The position numbers were made by a program, and so were the translations under genes. The notes beneath the pieces were generated by a model. It was not told the DNA's origin. It searched no databases and saw only the letters and a program-made list of their open reading frames with translations. A stretch of 64,000 nucleotides of DNA from Escherichia phage pEC-M719-6WT.1, in the sequence record OQ845957.1, one strand, 5' to 3'. Below are positions 62,651 through 64,000 of the stretch, one piece after another (position 1 is the stretch's first letter; each line of letters begins with the position of its first letter).

Positions 62651-63376
62651 ATGACAGGACAAGGTAAAGAGATTTTCAGTCTCCTTAAATCCGGTAACGG
62701 GTTCTCTAACCCTCTTATTACTGGTGCAGCAGTTCTTGGTGGTACAGTTGCTGCTTCTCAGTTATTAATCACTTCAATTAGCTCTGTATCAGACCCAGCT
62801 ACCCAGCAAATCCTTATTGCTGCTGGCTTGACAACTGCCTTACTAAGCAGCTTTACAACAAGCCTTGGTAGCACCACTTCAACGACAACTACTTTAACTG
62901 ACTATGGACAGAAGTCTGTAGATGAGTTTTCACAGCGTATGCAAGTAGCTAAAGGTTACTCTAACGTTATGGGAGCAGCAGGTGAACAAGTTGGCTGTAC
63001 ACCGTTTAGTGGAATCATGGGAGTTGCTACTGAATACGGTAACAAGGCTATGGATTTGATTAACACCTCCATAGATGCCGTAAACAGCGTTCTAAGCGAC
63101 TTACAGGATGCAATTGATAAAGGACTAGCAACTATCTCTGACCTCGCTACACAAGCTGTTACAGCGATTAATGAAGGTATGGCAAAGATTACTGCCTACG
63201 CTAATGAAGTGGCTCAGATGATTGCAGATGAAGCAGCAATGATTGCAGAGTATCTAAAAACCAATATTAATGGTTTCCTTGCAAATGTTTTACCAGATTG
63301 GTTTAACGATGATTGTAAGACGGGTGTAATTGATACAATTGCAACTCCAGAGATGAAAGAAGCTCTAAACAAATAA
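62651..63376 (+). CDS. hypothetical membrane-associated protein
   Basis: Track ORF 62579-63376 trimmed to internal ATG past tRNA-Phe; hydrophobic segments LITGAAVLGGTVAASQLLITSI and ILIAAGLTTALLSSF. Confidence 0.35.
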   Translation: MTGQGKEIFSLLKSGNGFSNPLITGAAVLGGTVAASQLLITSISSVSDPATQQILIAAGLTTALLSSFTTSLGSTTSTTTTLTDYGQKSVDEFSQRMQVAKGYSNVMGAAGEQVGCTPFSGIMGVATEYGNKAMDLINTSIDAVNSVLSDLQDAIDKGLATISDLATQAVTAINEGMAKITAYANEVAQMIADEAAMIAEYLKTNINGFLANVLPDWFNDDCKTGVIDTIATPEMKEALNK

Positions 63377-63379
63377 TTT

Positions 63380-63472
63380 GGAAGATTAACCCTAAAAGGT
63401 AAGGGAGCAGTTTGCTAAACTGCCAGTAGCTGAGAAATCGGTGTACCAGTTCAAGTCTGGTATCTTCCTCCA
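63380..63472 (+). tRNA. tRNA-Ser (anticodon GCT), class II
   Basis: 93 nt; perfect acceptor GGAAGAT/ATCTTCC; anticodon arm GCAGT-TTGCTAA-ACTGC; long variable arm. Confidence 0.65.
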
Positions 63473-63478
63473 AATTTT

Positions 63479-63554
63479 GCATTGGTGTCAGAAATGGATA
63501 TGTACCTGTCTGCAAAATAGGTTTATGAGGGTTCGAGTCCCTTCCAATGCTCCA
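63479..63554 (+). tRNA. tRNA-Cys (anticodon GCA)
   Basis: Perfect acceptor GCATTGG/CCAATGC; anticodon loop CTGCAAA; T-loop TTCGAGT. Confidence 0.6.
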
Positions 63555-63590
63555 ATTTACTTTAATATCTCTCTCTCTCAAAGTATATAT

Positions 63591-63650
63591 GCCCTGCTAT
63601 GAGTATTCTCCCTTTCGCTACCGGAGAGTATTTTTAGACAGGGCTTTTTT
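63591..63650 (+). terminator. long hairpin plus T-tract terminator closing tRNA cluster
   Basis: GCCCTG...CAGGGC outer stem with inner stem, followed by TTTTTT; preceded by (CT)5 microsatellite. Confidence 0.5.
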
Positions 63651-63717
63651 GTAGAGTTATACTTTATAGGAAAGACCTATACAGTATGTCTCTGGCATAC
63701 ATTGTGGTTTCTCCTTG

Positions 63718-63742
63718 ACGGTCTCTGCGCCGTCTTTTTTCA
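63718..63742 (+). terminator. intrinsic terminator
   Basis: GACGG-TCTCTGCG-CCGTC hairpin plus TTTTTT. Confidence 0.5.
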
Positions 63743-63778
63743 GAGGAACCATTAACTTATTATCTTTGGAGAAATACA

Positions 63779-63979
63779 ATGAACGAGACTAACATTTATA
63801 AAGATTTTTACGAAGCACAGCAGCAAGTTAATCTGCTGAAAAATACTATCATGTCTATTGCTGAACGTCTAATTACGGCTACTGGTATTAAACCAGGAGA
63901 AGCAACAATGGACAGTCTTCTTGATGCTGTAGATGCCAAGTTTGGTGTATGTAAAGAAGAAGAAGCTAAACCTGAATAA
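63779..63979 (+). CDS. hypothetical small protein
   Basis: 66 aa ORF with GGAGAAA RBS. Confidence 0.3.
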   Translation: MNETNIYKDFYEAQQQVNLLKNTIMSIAERLITATGIKPGEATMDSLLDAVDAKFGVCKEEEAKPE

Positions 63980-64000
63980 TTCTATTTGCAGAGGTGCTTA

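Noticed and set aside
63568-63580. (CT)5 microsatellite after tRNA-Cys
   Set aside because: Too short to assign function; noted only as a possible phase-variable or slippage-prone tract.
1-64000. Integrase, transposase, excisionase, attachment sites or other signs of a prophage or mobile element
   Set aside because: No tyrosine/serine recombinase or transposase motifs were seen and no flanking direct repeats; gene content is that of a virulent phage, so no mobile_element feature is called apart from the putative homing endonucleases.

Overview
This window reads as a ~64 kb segment of a large virulent dsDNA phage with T5-like early-region content: family A DNA polymerase, T7 gp4-like primase-helicase, ATP-dependent ligase, flap endonuclease, thymidylate synthase/DHFR, aerobic and anaerobic ribonucleotide reductases, dNMP kinase, a lysozyme-type endolysin and a cluster of about 27 tRNA genes. 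The most notable signals are: (1) an adjacent Prs-like plus Nampt-like gene pair, likely an NAD+ reconstitution (anti-defence) module, with a macro-domain protein nearby; (2) an array of about 15 small genes, 12 of them preceded by the same promoter/GC-hairpin/CCTAAACTGGAGA leader cassette; (3) a ~1.5 kb ORF-free island packed with YTGTTAR motifs phased at 10-11 bp; (4) a vWA/MIDAS protein of possible Ro60-like architecture immediately upstream of the tRNA cluster, which also holds repeat elements, aberrant tRNA-like elements and three short tRNAs with leucine anticodons. All calls come from reading the sequence and the ORF track; no database search or structure prediction was run, and tRNA and motif coordinates are approximate (about +/-2 nt).
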